Assembly: GCF_006345805.1 (NCBI RefSeq)
Contig: NW_021831284.1
Span: 248,001 to 312,000 of the forward strand
Direction: 5' to 3'
DNA: 64,000 nucleotides
DNA from: Octopus sinensis
Taxonomy: Eukaryota
Shown: in pieces, positions 48,940-61,494 of the stretch
Layout of the letters: each line of letters begins with the position of its first letter
Numbering within the stretch: the first letter of the stretch is position 1
The notes under the pieces: generated by a model
What the model was told of the DNA's origin: nothing
The model's input: only the letters and a program-made list of their open reading frames with translations
Databases searched by the model: none
Made by a program: the position numbers and the translations under genes

Positions 48940-49830
48940 TATTTATTGTCTTTATTTAATTTTTGAATATTTGCCTTTTAGTTAAGATAGTTACAAGAAA
49001 CTTCTCCTTTTAAACAGGCAGCAGATAAAACCACGAATATAAAAGACATTTTTATTACAACAAAAGTCAAACATTCAGCATAAAAATCCTTTGATTTGAA
49101 GAACCTTTTATTTTTATTAGAATCTGTAGAATTGAGAGCAAAGTAAGTACATCTAAAACCTTATTAATGAACACAAAATTTGATGTCAATCCCTAAATCC
49201 TGTTAAAACGGTAATTTAAATACAATTTATATACATGTAAATCAATAATACTTAAAAGTGCCTATTTATAAAAAATATGAATGAGAATGGTGAGACTGTC
49301 AGTCAAAATCAGGTGTTAAAATAGGTTTGCTGATTGGCGAAAGATTTAAGTCTGTAAAGTTATCTTTTCATATTCTGGTTAACTTTCTTGAGGAATAAAG
49401 TTTGCTCATATACATGCAAACAATACAATAAAAAATCAGGAACGCATTCTTTATTTTCCATTTACTATTAAGGTGGTGAGAAATGTCTTTTAAACTAAAG
49501 AAATACAACTTTTTGAAAGGCTTTCTTTATTAATACAACGAAAAGATAGAAAATCTTTGATTTCATCATTTAATCATTTCGAAAGGCCGTTATGATAATT
49601 AATAAGTTAACAAATGTCATCGATTTTAATACTTTCCTGGCGATCCAGTACAAACCCAGATGTGATTAGGCAGTCAACGATACTGTCAAATAATTTTTTT
49701 CTTGCAGTAATCCACAATTGTTCTTCGTAAAATGGAAATAGCTTCAAATTTGACTAAAAGTCAGGACATACTGTCTGCATCAACCATGCATTCTGTAATA
49801 AATTTTTCATCTGTAAATAGCTTGTTATTT
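48940..49830 (-). CDS. possible multi-exon gene or pseudogene, unknown
   Basis: DEKFITECMVDAD | 30-nt intron | ISILRRTIVDYCKKKLFDSIVDCL; the rest could not be resolved. Confidence 0.25.
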
Positions 49831-50254
49831 GCGAAATTTAATAAGTTAATAAAAATTTGCCCTTTTGAGCACTTTTATAATTAACAAAGCATCTAAATTA
49901 GTTAACTTCTCTATTTTTCTTGTTATTTTGCAAAAAAAAAATTATACTAAAAAAAACAAAGCAGCTGTAATGAGTGTTCTAACTATATGTGTGCTCTTTA
50001 TACAAATGTTTGTCAAAATTGATCTCAAAATGTAAAAATTAAATATTGTATTATCAAAATTGATGTAAAAAATGTCAATATTGCTTACTGCAGTGTCAAA
50101 ATTAATGAAAAAAGTGTTAAAATTGAACTAAAATAGTATAGTTGCTAGTTTTTTCATGGCTGTGTACCCTGTTTATTGTTAGGGTAATAACTCTAGCCGC
50201 TTGTTGTTGAGTACGGAGGATTAGCCTTTAAATAATTGACATGCATGAGTGATC

Positions 50255-50640
50255 GATCCTACCTGTCTTAAAACACGGACCAAGAAGATTACTATATTAA
50301 AAAGTCTAATGAAGTTATTTCATGCTGCGAAATAAAAGTAACTTGAGGTGAAGGTATTAAACCTGCAACATACGCTTCTAACTGTAATTACAGTTTACCA
50401 GGGAGTGTTCGCTAATGCTTTAAGAACCAAAAGATGCCGAACAATATCTGGTTAAGATGAAGGAAGTTGAAACAACGGTAGAAATCTATCGCGGTTCTGA
50501 CGTGCAAATCGATTATTAAAGCTGGGTATAAAGGCGAAATAATAATCGAGGCATCTCTCCAAAATTTTTCTCAGGAGAGCTGGTGTTCGTAAAAAAGTTT
50601 CATGTGTTAAAAGTCTAAATTAAGATATGTGGCTCATTTG
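50255..50640 (+). pseudogene. degenerate 28S/LSU rRNA fragment (D3 region and downstream core)
   Basis: cctgtcttaaaacacggaccaag, aaagatg.., ggttctgacgtgcaaatcgat, gggtata..ggcgaaa..taatcga, ctcagga.agctgg; the conserved AGTAGCTGGTT segment is missing. Confidence 0.85.
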
Positions 50641-51159
50641 ATTTATTTATTAGAAACACATATAAAATTAGAGTACCAAGAGAGTTTCCTTAATTTTTTT
50701 AAATTTCGAACTCTCCTGTTCAATATCCTACCTTTGTAATATAACCAAGACAGATAACTCTAATTTTTATTTTTTAATAAAAAAATTAGTAAATTTTAAT
50801 CGAGTGTTTTGTTTTTTTCGCATCTAACTAATAATAATGTAAACTCTTTCGAATCCCCCACATTTACAAAAAATTAATTTTTCATGTGTTTATAGGAAAA
50901 TAATTTAGAAAATCGATAAAAACCCTTTCGAATCCATCATTTTGGTTCCTGACCGATATGTGGGGATTAGAGAGTTTACTGTATTTGTTTTGAATGTGGA
51001 TAGATCAAATACATTTTCTGGAGTCTCTTGCTTAATTTACCAGCATTTTGAATCCGCAATCTGCATTGTTTATAACTTGTTGATCACCAAAATGTTCCGG
51101 AAATTGTTTTTTTATAGCCCTCTTCATCACTACTGTTATCATCCCACAAACTCTAATAA

Positions 51160-51850
51160 ATAGCATTTTACACAATATCCGAAACAATTAGACTTTCTCC
51201 AGCGTTTTCTTTTTCTCGACAGTCATATTCTAAAGCTTAAAGTGTTTGTATTGAATGTTGTATTGAAGTGTTTGTAATCTCGTCTCATGCCAATTTTGCA
51301 CATGAAATAGCATCCAATAGTGTGATTCCCACTATTGCTTCGTCTATTTGTGGTGCAAGATTTTCATTATAGATAATCGTTTTCATCATCCAGTTTTTGA
51401 AATAATTCTCAAATGCCTTTATTATCCTTTGGTCACATGCCTGAATTAAGGAGGTTGTATTTTTTGGGAAAAACATTACGCTGACGTCTGAAAGTTTTCC
51501 AGAAATAGCATGACAAGTTGCATTGTCAATTAATTTTTTGTCATCCAGGCTTTGCACAAAACATCATATTCAATGCCGATTTTTTTTCAGATTCACGCTT
51601 TTTGATACTCTTGCTAACTTCGTAGGCACGATTATAAGCGGTTTATATTTTTCTCCCGTGTAACTGAAACACAAAAGAAGTTTCATACGTTTTTTCTTAT
51701 TTTGTGTCCCCTGTGTACATCATTTCTTTTGACAAAACTCTTTGGAAACAGCTGGCCCATTAATTGAGAAAAGAGATTACTAAAAATCTCGTAAAATGGG
51801 CATTACATTCGTATACAATTGTCCCATCGATCACAAATCATTTTATCCTT
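51160..51850 (-). mobile_element. Tigger/pogo DDE fragment
   Basis: IDNATCH..FFPKNTTSLIQACDQRIIKAF. Confidence 0.75.
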
Positions 51851-52079
51851 ATGACCCGAAAGTCTGATCTTTTTTACTTTGATTTAGTTTTCTAAGAATT
51901 GGTTTTCTAAAATTTTTTTGGTTCATATACAATGTTGTTTTGCATTTTATAACTTTGAGATATATAAATGTTATTCAATAATGTTCCCAATCAAAATAAG
52001 AATGACATTTTCATATTGTGAGGTTGCAACTAATAAATGTTTTCTTTAAAATTCCGACTATATTATTGTCAATTTATTT

Positions 52080-52560
52080 AATGAAGTGGTTAAGTGCATC
52101 AACTTATAATGAAGTGGCTAAGTTTATACATCTTCAATTATGTCGAATGTATGAAATTAAACGAAGCAGGAGATTGAAGGGACATTCGGTTGTGTCAATA
52201 ATGTCGATCCAAAATGTCGAAATTAGACCTGTCACGTCAATTATGACTAGGACAACCAAAAGTCATAATCTATGACTGAAACGAAAGTCCAATTCAGTAA
52301 ACCTGAGATTTTTGTGTATGACAAGAGGAAAAAATAAATAAATTTAATCGAAGTTGGCATTACTTCACAAGATCGTTTAAAGCAAGTTGAAGTGGAGAAA
52401 TTTCACAAATACGACCTGTTTGCAAATGAACTGTCGATCATCTATGAAGAAAAGTAATAATTATTCCAATTTTCTTGACATAGGATGGAATTGTGTCAAA
52501 GCCGACCTTAGGTTCCAAGTATTAAATATATGTTATTTATACCATTTAGGCTTTTATATT
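52080..52560 (+). mobile_element. R4/Dong-like RLE remnant
   Basis: YNEVAKFIHLQLCRMY, KPEIFVYDKR, IEVGITSQDRLKQVEVEKFHKYDL. Confidence 0.8.
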
Positions 52561-52888
52561 CTCCTGCGTTCCCCAGGAATACCTTCAGGAAGTTAACTTT
52601 TTTTCTACCCGCCATAACTAAATTTCGATCTGGCTTGAAAAAGTTAGAAAGGTGTTGAAGATAACTCTTAGAATCTTCTGGGTTTTGTTCTAATGTATAA
52701 TTTTCCCGTCCGACATTGCTTCAATTTAAGCATTAGTTTCTTTTATGAATACACTAAATGAATATTCTCAAATAATAAAAATGTTTAGTGATAATTAAAT
52801 ATCATATAAATATAATTAATGTTATTTAATAAATATTTAAATAAATATTATTAAAGCACGATATTTATAGTGTGGTGCTATTAATTTA

Positions 52889-55702
52889 ATGGATATGAAA
52901 CGACCATCTAAAGTCGATGAATATTTATCTGAATGGGGATCTTTTGAAAAAGTAAACGATTTTTAATTTTAAAAAATAGATTTTAATAAATAATTTATGC
53001 AAAAGTATTCAATCTGTGAATAATCTCCCTCAAAATTCAGATGATTATGACGATTACTGTTCTCTATTTCCCCAATTTAAGGATTTAATGGAGATCGAAG
53101 AAAAAAAGATAACAAAATTGTTATTTTATACAAATATAAACCGATGTAGAATTTCGAAGCTTCTTCGCCATTCGATGATTCGACTCGACATTTTTTCAAA
53201 GGATAGTCTTACTGATATAAGTGACAGCATGGAAAAACTAGTCGACATCAACGATATTATTCTGGAGCGTGTGGTATAACAAAAATTGTGTTATTTTAAT
53301 CAGAATAATTCATTTGATGAGGAATGTGGACTCAAAAAACCCGAAACTCTAGTCGTTGTTGACAATAATCTAAATTCAGACAAAAAAGTAATTTTATTTA
53401 TCAAATCTGTATAGTTCACTTTGCTCACTGCTAAAAATGTCGTCAGGCCACAGATGTACTTTCGTGATGAACTTGACAATTCAAGAGGATCAAAATTTGT
53501 TGCCAAAATTGCCTTCAAATATAACTCCTTGCATGATGGTATATTTTTGTTTGATTTAAATTCTTTAATATTTTTTTAATAATATTGGTAGATGAAACTG
53601 AATTTTATGACCATCCATACAAATACGAAATTTTGCAGTTCAACGTACCGAAAAGACAGCTAGAAAGACTCCAACCTCAGGTTCCATCATAATTATATTC
53701 TAGAATTATACTTCATTTGACGACGAACAAATTATTTTTATAGACAAAATCGAACAATTGAATCAATTAATTGATATTCTTTCTACTACGACGGAATTTT
53801 CTGTTGATTTAGAGGTACACCAGTTGCCATAATTAGTAATAGCATCATTCGTATCGATCATTTCAAGGATTTACCTGTCTTATACAGATATCTACTCGAC
53901 AGTCAAACTACGTAATCGACGCACTTTCACTCCGTCATGAACTAAATGTCCTTAATAAAGTGTTCACTGATCCCAACATTCTTAAAGTAATTGTTATTTA
54001 ATATTTATTTTTGATTTGATTTTTTAATATTAAAGGTTTTCCATGGGTCAGATTCGGATATTATTTGGCTACAAAAGGATTTTTCAGTTTATGTTGTTAA
54101 CATGTTTGACACGGGACAGGCAGCACGAACATTGGGATATCCACGCTTTTCATTAGCTTATCTTTTATACAGATTTATTGGAATACCCTGCAACAAAGGC
54201 TACCAACTAGCCGATTGGCGTGTAAGGTTGTGGCAAATCATTCATTTCTAAGACCTCTTCCCAAAGATATGCTCAAATATGCGTCGCAAGATACACATTA
54301 TTTACTTTATATATACGACAACATGAAGAATGAACTCATTAATAATGGAAATGATGCTCTCTTGTATAAAGTTTACCAAAAAAGTACTCAGCTGTGCCTT
54401 AAGGTGAGATTCCCCAGTTAAATAGTTCATTAGGTTTATAAAAAGAAAGAATTCTCCCATTTAGATTCTTTAAAGCTGATCAATAATTCTTTGGAATTAA
54501 ATTCCCGTCAAAAATATGCGTTGATTTTGTTACATGAGTGGCGAGATCGAATAGCCCGCTTAGAGGACGAGAGCGAAGCTTATGTAATGTCAGCCAATAT
54601 GCTGCTTGAACTGTGTCTTAAAATGCCGAATGACCGAGAAGGCATTACAGCCTGTTGTAATCCTCTCCCTCCACTCATTCGTATATATCATGAAGAGATA
54701 TTCTCATTTTTTGTAAAGGCTTCAACGCTTACTGACGAAGCTGTATAATTTTGATTTAAATGATGTTAGATTGACAATTTTTTAAACGAGGTTTATTCTG
54801 AGTTTAAGATGTCTACTCAACCGAATATTCCGAGTGTCAAAACAGAAGTGACTTCTTTTGTTCATTTACACGATTTTACGGGGACCGACAATAATTGGGC
54901 TAAAAATGAGTTATACGGTTTGTTTTACTTTTTTGACTAACTAATTAGTTGATCGGAAGAATATTTCTGGCTTATTTGCGAGTGATGCTTACAGGGTGAA
55001 TCCTACTAAAAAGGTCACAGATACATTAAAGGTGTAATGTGGTTTAATTGTATACTTGTAGTCTCGTATTGGGTCTCAATTGATGAAATCGTTGGATGGG
55101 ACAGAATTGAGTAGGATAGGATTATATCAGGTGGGTTTAATTACTTCATCTCCCACTAGATTTATTCAAAATCAAAGATTAAGGATTTAATGGCGACACA
55201 TTGTCTTTTACAGGTTTATTTTTAAATATGAATCAATAGTCTTTGTCAAAGTGGAAATTCAAGGAAAATACTATCAAGTCAGAAGAAAAGATGGTCGTCC
55301 AGGAGGATAATATCACTAATGAAGAGTTTAATCCATCAAATGAGGTCAGGACGCAGTCCTATTATTCATTTTCCGGAAAACGTGACAAGAAACTTGTGGA
55401 GAATCCCATCGAGGCTAAGAATTTTTTATCCAAAAAGGCATTTTTGTAGTTTTATTTGGAAGATTAAGAAATCAGATCATTTCACACCGTTTGATTATCA
55501 AAGTAAGGTCAGAGAAACTTCAGTTCATGAAAATAAAGGTTCTGGTGGCCGTATTATATTTTTAGGCAAGAAAGATGGGAAACTAAACCCTCGGAAAAAG
55601 ACTAAGGGGGTTGTTACGTATTTGTGTATAGATATTTAGATTTTTGAGAAAATTCGTTCCAAGAAAAAGTTTACCAAGGGGAAAACATCTACTTTTAAAT
55701 AA
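52889..55702 (+). CDS. EXOSC10: exosome complex exonuclease RRP6 / EXOSC10, many short introns
   Basis: PMC2NT-like [31 protein letters not shown]|[51 protein letters not shown] domain; introns of 28, 30, 27, 28 and 26 nt verified in frame. 3' exon structure is uncertain. Confidence 0.95.
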
Positions 55703-55861
55703 CTTTTTTATTATAAATTTTGTTTAAATCAGTTTTGAATTACAATTGACTTTCTGAATTTACCTTTGATGATTGAATTGTTAATATTCCAAATTACGGA
55801 TGAGATTTTAATTTGATAAATGGGGATTGTGTCATTCTGTATATAATATGAGTAAGAATTT

Positions 55862-56640
55862 TCAAAAATAGCTACAAATGTTCAAAATAGTAAAGATAAA
55901 TCGGATGTTTACTTTAGATTTGTTGATAAGCTTAAAACATAACCAATTCCAGTTACTCATGTTCAAATAGTTGAATTTCAACAAGTCCCATGAATTAACA
56001 CAAGAAGGAAGCAGCCTCGGCTCCACACGGCGGCATCCGAATTCTGAGATCCACTTCTTGTCAATATTTTCCATCCTACCCTCCCAAAACATCCGGTCCT
56101 CGTCGATCCAGGACGCCTTTTGTGTCAAACTCTCCAAATACTGTCGCTTATTGAAAAATTCTTTGCAGCATCCCCAAATTTCCATCTATCCAAATTCTTG
56201 TCCGCTTTTATTAACGACGCTAATGCCTCAAACACGTGGGTACCCTGGTCTCTCCTTGTCGGCTTCGTACCCCTACTTACTGTCTGTTTGGACAAACTTT
56301 AACCTCCCGCTTCCATCGGATCCTTCGAGAAAAACGAAAACTTTCCGCTAACTCTTATTGCTCCGGAGAAAAGCGACATTCTCGATAAGAAAGTAATTTC
56401 GTATTTCAGGCGGTTCCAAGAAAGGATTTCCAATTCGATAAGAGTAATTTCGTTTTTTAATTGCCGTACCAATATAGCCGCTTTTGTAAAGAGTATTGTA
56501 AAGAGGTTGAACGAAAGCCTCCAACACGCTGTGCGTCGTATAAAGCCGAAAACAGTCTAAAAATTTTGTGAAATTTTCGAGTTGGCGATAAAGCCTCAAA
56601 ATCTGCGTCCAATCTACACCATCTTCCGTTTTATAAGCCT
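55862..56640 (-). CDS. putative multi-exon gene convergent with EXOSC10, unknown product
   Basis: ORFs 56348-56599 and 55862-56185 have coding-like composition and are on the same strand. Confidence 0.35.
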
Positions 56641-56899
56641 ATGGAAAGGTGGGATGGATATCGTTATTTGAATGTCGTAAAAATGGGAGAAATATCCTCA
56701 AAGAGCAAGCTATGGGGCCAATCCTACAAAGAGTAAAGGAAAAAAATTATATTTTATTAATAAATACGTAGTTTTAATCTACGCGTGTATTTACACTTTT
56801 GCTGTGATGGCTATCAATTATGAAACAAAATTAATCATTGATATTAAAGAACAAATTATTTTATAATACAGATAATAAAAATATTTCAGAAACTACGAG

Positions 56900-57300
56900 A
56901 GAATAGGTTAGGTTAAGCCATATTCAGCCGATTCTGGCCATTGGCGATTCTGTAAGACAAGTCCCTCTACGAAACTCTATCCCCACCAGCTCTGCTATTT
57001 CCGACAAATGATGTCCGGTAAGTTTCACTACTTCAGATGTCCAGTTTAGTTTTGGTCTACCCTGCTTCCTTTTTCCAGCGAACGAAGACAGCAGGATTTC
57101 TTTTCCTATATCATTCTCCCGAAGCACGTGCCCCAAATATGATAATTGTTGCTTCCAAACTTTCGCCACAAGCGACAGTGTAGGTTTAATCCTTTCGAGA
57201 ACAACGACATTTGACACATTGTCGTACCAATTTATATTCAAAAGTTTGCGCCAGCACCATAATTCCAGTGAGTCCACGAGAGGATAAGATTTCAATATCC
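56900..57300 (-). mobile_element. RTE-clade LINE 3' end
   Basis: LELWCWRKLLNINWYDNVSN..SYLGHVLRE..GKRKQGRPKLNW. Confidence 0.85.
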
Positions 57301-58529
57301 GGTCCTTTTATAAAGGAAATTGCCTAACACTTTCAAAGCTTCAAATGGCCGACTTGACAGATTTAAAAAGCGACATGATCAGAGATTGATATCAATTTTC
57401 AGAAAAACTCTTGTGATTTGACTTAAATCCTTTATTAAAAAAGAAACTAATTAACTAAGTAATTTTACTAAGTCCAGAGCCTTTGAAGTGAGCAGAAGGT
57501 GGCACTCCACGCACCTCCTCCCCTTCTTCCTCCTCTTCTCTGGCACTGTAGACCTTCGAGAAGGTGCAGTTCAGCGCCTCTTGCTGACTAAACGTCAGGA
57601 AAGGGCTGGATCAAAAAATGCGACAATGATATTATAATGCGAAACTACAGGAATAGAATATAAAATTATTATCTATTAATTAATAATTAATTAAATTTTT
57701 ATATTTCTTCGGGGTGCGCCTATAATATTATAAATTATTATCCTGAGCCACACGTTGTTTGTATTGTGGTTAGTTTTCTTTATTTGTTGTTTATTTTTTT
57801 ATTTTTATTATCATTCGAGTTAATGGATTAATCTCTCACCAATTCATTAATTTTGTAACTTTCCTATTACTGAATTGTTGATTTTTGTATTATATGGTTA
57901 TATTCCATGACTCTCTGATATTATATTTCATTATTTAAAAAATATTTTTGGTATCGACTGAGTTCTTTTTCCCCTGGAAAAGTTGGTCTAAAATTATACT
58001 GCTGGGATAGAAATGTTTTTTCCATAAAACCAACAATTCGAAACTTTTTAATATATTTCGAATTATTATTTATAAATTGTCATTAAAGACGGCTACAATT
58101 TCAGTATTGTTTTACGATAAAATATCAAAGAAAGATTAACCACAATTTTCCTTGAATGATAAAATAATCTCATGCATTAGATTAATTGATTTAAAATGGT
58201 CATTTATTGTAATTAATTCGATTTTTATCTCAAGAATAGAATTTCTTATCTTTAATAGATCAATAATCAAAGAAAGTTTGTAATTGGAGAATTAACTCAA
58301 ATTTAACGCGGTTAGAATAGGTGAAATAAGCCGACTAAACTATCTCATGGAGAGATATTGTGTAGACTAAGATATTATTTATGAAAGTATATTATTAGAA
58401 AATCCTCCTGTGAATCGGTTGGTCATCGACACCTGTCGTATTGCATCGTGGATTAATTGAATAGCCTCACTTTGCGTTATGAATACTCCGGAGTAACTGA
58501 CACTGATTAGTAATATTGTGGAGATATCA

Positions 58530-58760
58530 AGTAGAATGCCGTGTTTCCTCCAGATCCAATTGTCGTAATGTGATTTGTATTTTGTAAAACGCTGCATGAA
58601 TCAATTTTAAATGTATATATTCTTCCGTTGTAAACACATATAAGAATTCCGCTCTAAAAATACAGAAGAATGCAATGTTTCCTCCAGATCCAATTGTCGT
58701 AATGTGATTTCTCCGTTGTAAACAAATACAAGAAATGCGCTCTAAAAATACAGAAGAAAC
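58530..58760. repeat. local tandem duplication (A-X-B-A-B')
   Basis: gtttcctccagatccaattgtcgtaatgtgatt occurs twice; ccgttgtaaac..gctctaaaaatacagaag occurs twice. Confidence 0.8.
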
Positions 58761-59199
58761 TCAAACATATCGATGGGAAGTTGGACAATAATCCATTGAT
58801 GAAACTTAACAGATTCTTTGGGAACCGTCCAAAAAACAAATTAATTTGAAAAATATGAATGATAACGACCAATTCATGTTTCCAGAAAAACCAATATTTG
58901 CATCATTTGTTATATCACGGAGATTTTGATTGAATTGTTTTATTATTGTTTGTTGCGAGTATTTCAAGCATAGGTTACTTTTGTATCTGGATCATGAATA
59001 ACCCCTTCCAATATAATTTTTTATATTTCAAAAAGATTGAATTTTTAAAAAATATTACTTTCATTTAAAATCACTTTTTAAATTTGAACATTTTAAATAA
59101 ATTAAACCTTTTTAGACAAGTTTAGTACTTAGCTGACTGACCACTTGAAGAATAAAGAGAATTGTACTCTCATTTTGCTTGAAGTAAAATAAAAATAGA

Positions 59200-59720
59200 C
59201 GAAAGAATATGCACTAAAAGTCTAAAAACTACTAAAGGAACTTAAAAAAATTCGATTTAAAATATCTTACAATAGTTCTGATTCCCTCAATTGTTTAAGT
59301 TGCACTGAGTACAATAATTTAAACAGTTATAAAAAGGGTTTAGTCTTTATTTGACTATTTGAGTAAAATTGTGGTACAGGATTACATTTAGCCTCAGAAT
59401 TTGGTTATCCTGATATTATTTCGTATATTCTCTTTCACCCAAAGACTGATAAGCCCATTACAAATTGGAATTTGAAGGTTCCTGGTTGTGTTGCTGTGCA
59501 ATTGTTATTTCGGGGTGCTAGAAGACAGGTTCGGAGGATACACCCAAAAATATTAAAGAGAAAATGCAAATCGTCTAGGACCTAGACGATTTTTTCGTTG
59601 ATCAGGAAGCTCATTGGAATGAAGTCCATTTATTTCCGGAAACCATTGCTGTACCAGATGTATCGATTGCAATCTTCCGAGGTGACTTTTTCTATTTGCG
59701 GTGCAGCCACTGAATCCTGA
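59200..59720 (+). pseudogene. ankyrin-repeat gene fragment, ANKLE2-like
   Basis: GTGLHLASEFGYPDIISYILFHPKTDK..N..KVP then KNIKEKMQ; in-frame stops upstream are not resolved by obvious introns. Confidence 0.4.
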
Positions 59721-60154
59721 TTTCCATTTAATATATTTTTTTTAATTAACATATTGGTTTAAAAAATTAAAATAAATGCGGGCAATCTATTTAGAGTAAT
59801 TACTAAGCAGTGTCTAACACATAAGTCTTTTCAATCTGGAAAAATTCCGTGTCGACAAATATACAAATTATCAGATAACATTAGTTGACGTTACTTGCCG
59901 ACTGCCGATTATTTTCTAAAAAATTAACTTGGATTTGTATCAGTTATCTTAAGCGGAAAAAATGTTGTTGCACTCCAAATCTAACTTGGAATCAGAGTGT
60001 CAATCTGATCGAGAAAATACCAATTTTGTGGGCGAAACAGAAAAGAAGAATTAAATTGGACACAAACACTAAATTCTTGTATTTTAAATATAGAATAAGC
60101 ACATTCATAGAGATTGCCAATTTTTATGAAATAACCATTTTTAATTTATTTGTT

Positions 60155-60240
60155 TGGGACGTCACCTGTGTCGACTCGTTTTCCTCGTCATCTCTCACCG
60201 ACTCTGCCTCCCGCCAGACTTCAGGCCTAAAACCCTGCAA
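60155..60240 (+). mobile_element. tiny CRE RLE fragment
   Basis: WDVTCVDSFSSSSLTDSAS, cf. WDATCVDSFSPQNL. Confidence 0.65.
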
Positions 60241-60499
60241 CGTGTGGTAGCAGTCTTTGATTATTTGACATCTTTGTTTGAACAATGTGATCATTAGACC
60301 ATCCACAATATTTAGCAATGACAAGAGATTGGTTCAATTCAAAAATAATTTTCAAGTCGGGTTACCAGAAATATTTGATTTTTATACTTTTTGTCCATTT
60401 TTGAAAGCACCACGACCATTTATTGCAATATTGTATAATACTGGCTAGAAGTATTTGACCTAATTTTACTTTTTTAAAAATTGTAACTCCAATGGAAAT

Positions 60500-60910
60500 T
60501 GAAAAATGTGGATATTTATGGACAAAATTAGTAGTCCCATCAATAGGGTCGACAATCCACGTAATGGCATCTGTTAGATTACATTTTTCACAGGCATCAA
60601 CAGTTTCTTGCCTATAAATCTACGAATTGTTTATTTCTATTTCACTTGTGGTCTTTAAAACGCTCATCTGTGTTTAGCAATGTTTTTAATTGTTCTTCAA
60701 TTATTCTATCTGTTTTTGTGACCACGTCATTGCCAGTTCCTTTTGATTCAAATAAAAGTTCTCCTTTCAGAGCCTTCATCATCATCTTAAAAATATCAGC
60801 TCAAGCGAATTTACACTTCTCCAGCCTGCTTGGCAAGTAGGACTGCCGCGTGAGGTATCTCTGTAAATTTCCTAAAGCTAAATGTGATAGTCAAACAGCC
60901 ATGCAAGATA
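60500..60910 (-). mobile_element. Tigger/pogo C-terminal DDE remnant
   Basis: ..HGCLTI.. and ETVDACEKCNLTDAITWI. Confidence 0.5.
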
Positions 60911-61494
60911 AATAAAATTTATTCAGAATTTAACATTCAAGAAATTTTATGTTTATAATAATCAAAATTAAAATTATGAAAATTTCAAAGGAAAATTATG
61001 ACACTGTGTAAACCATTTTTATTTGAAGTTTTTAAGCTTTAAAGACCATTAGGAGGCGACTTTTTAAAACACCTCCTTTAAGGCATATAATCCAAAGATC
61101 AAAAAAATATTTTTTATAATTAATTAAGCTTTAGAACTTTAGCTTCAGAAAAATTCGTTAAATTATTTCATGAGCTGACCGAACATGAATAATCTACTTA
61201 ATATATTGATTCAATATCATTGAAAAACAACACGGCAGTTATTACTAGACGCTTACAGAGATCCAGAGGGCTGATTTTGAAAGACGAAGACAGTTGTTTT
61301 AGGTAAAAGAAGAGGTAAAGGACATCTTTTGTAAGTGATCAGCAGTTTCAACAGTTCTCGGCTATATTCGACTATATTTAAATGACTATAATCCAATAAT
61401 AAAAGAATCGTGCACATCGATGCCCTACAGTAATTTAAGGTGGGTTATGGCAACGTGGATGTCAAAGAAGGTATTACTAAATTGTAATATTAAA

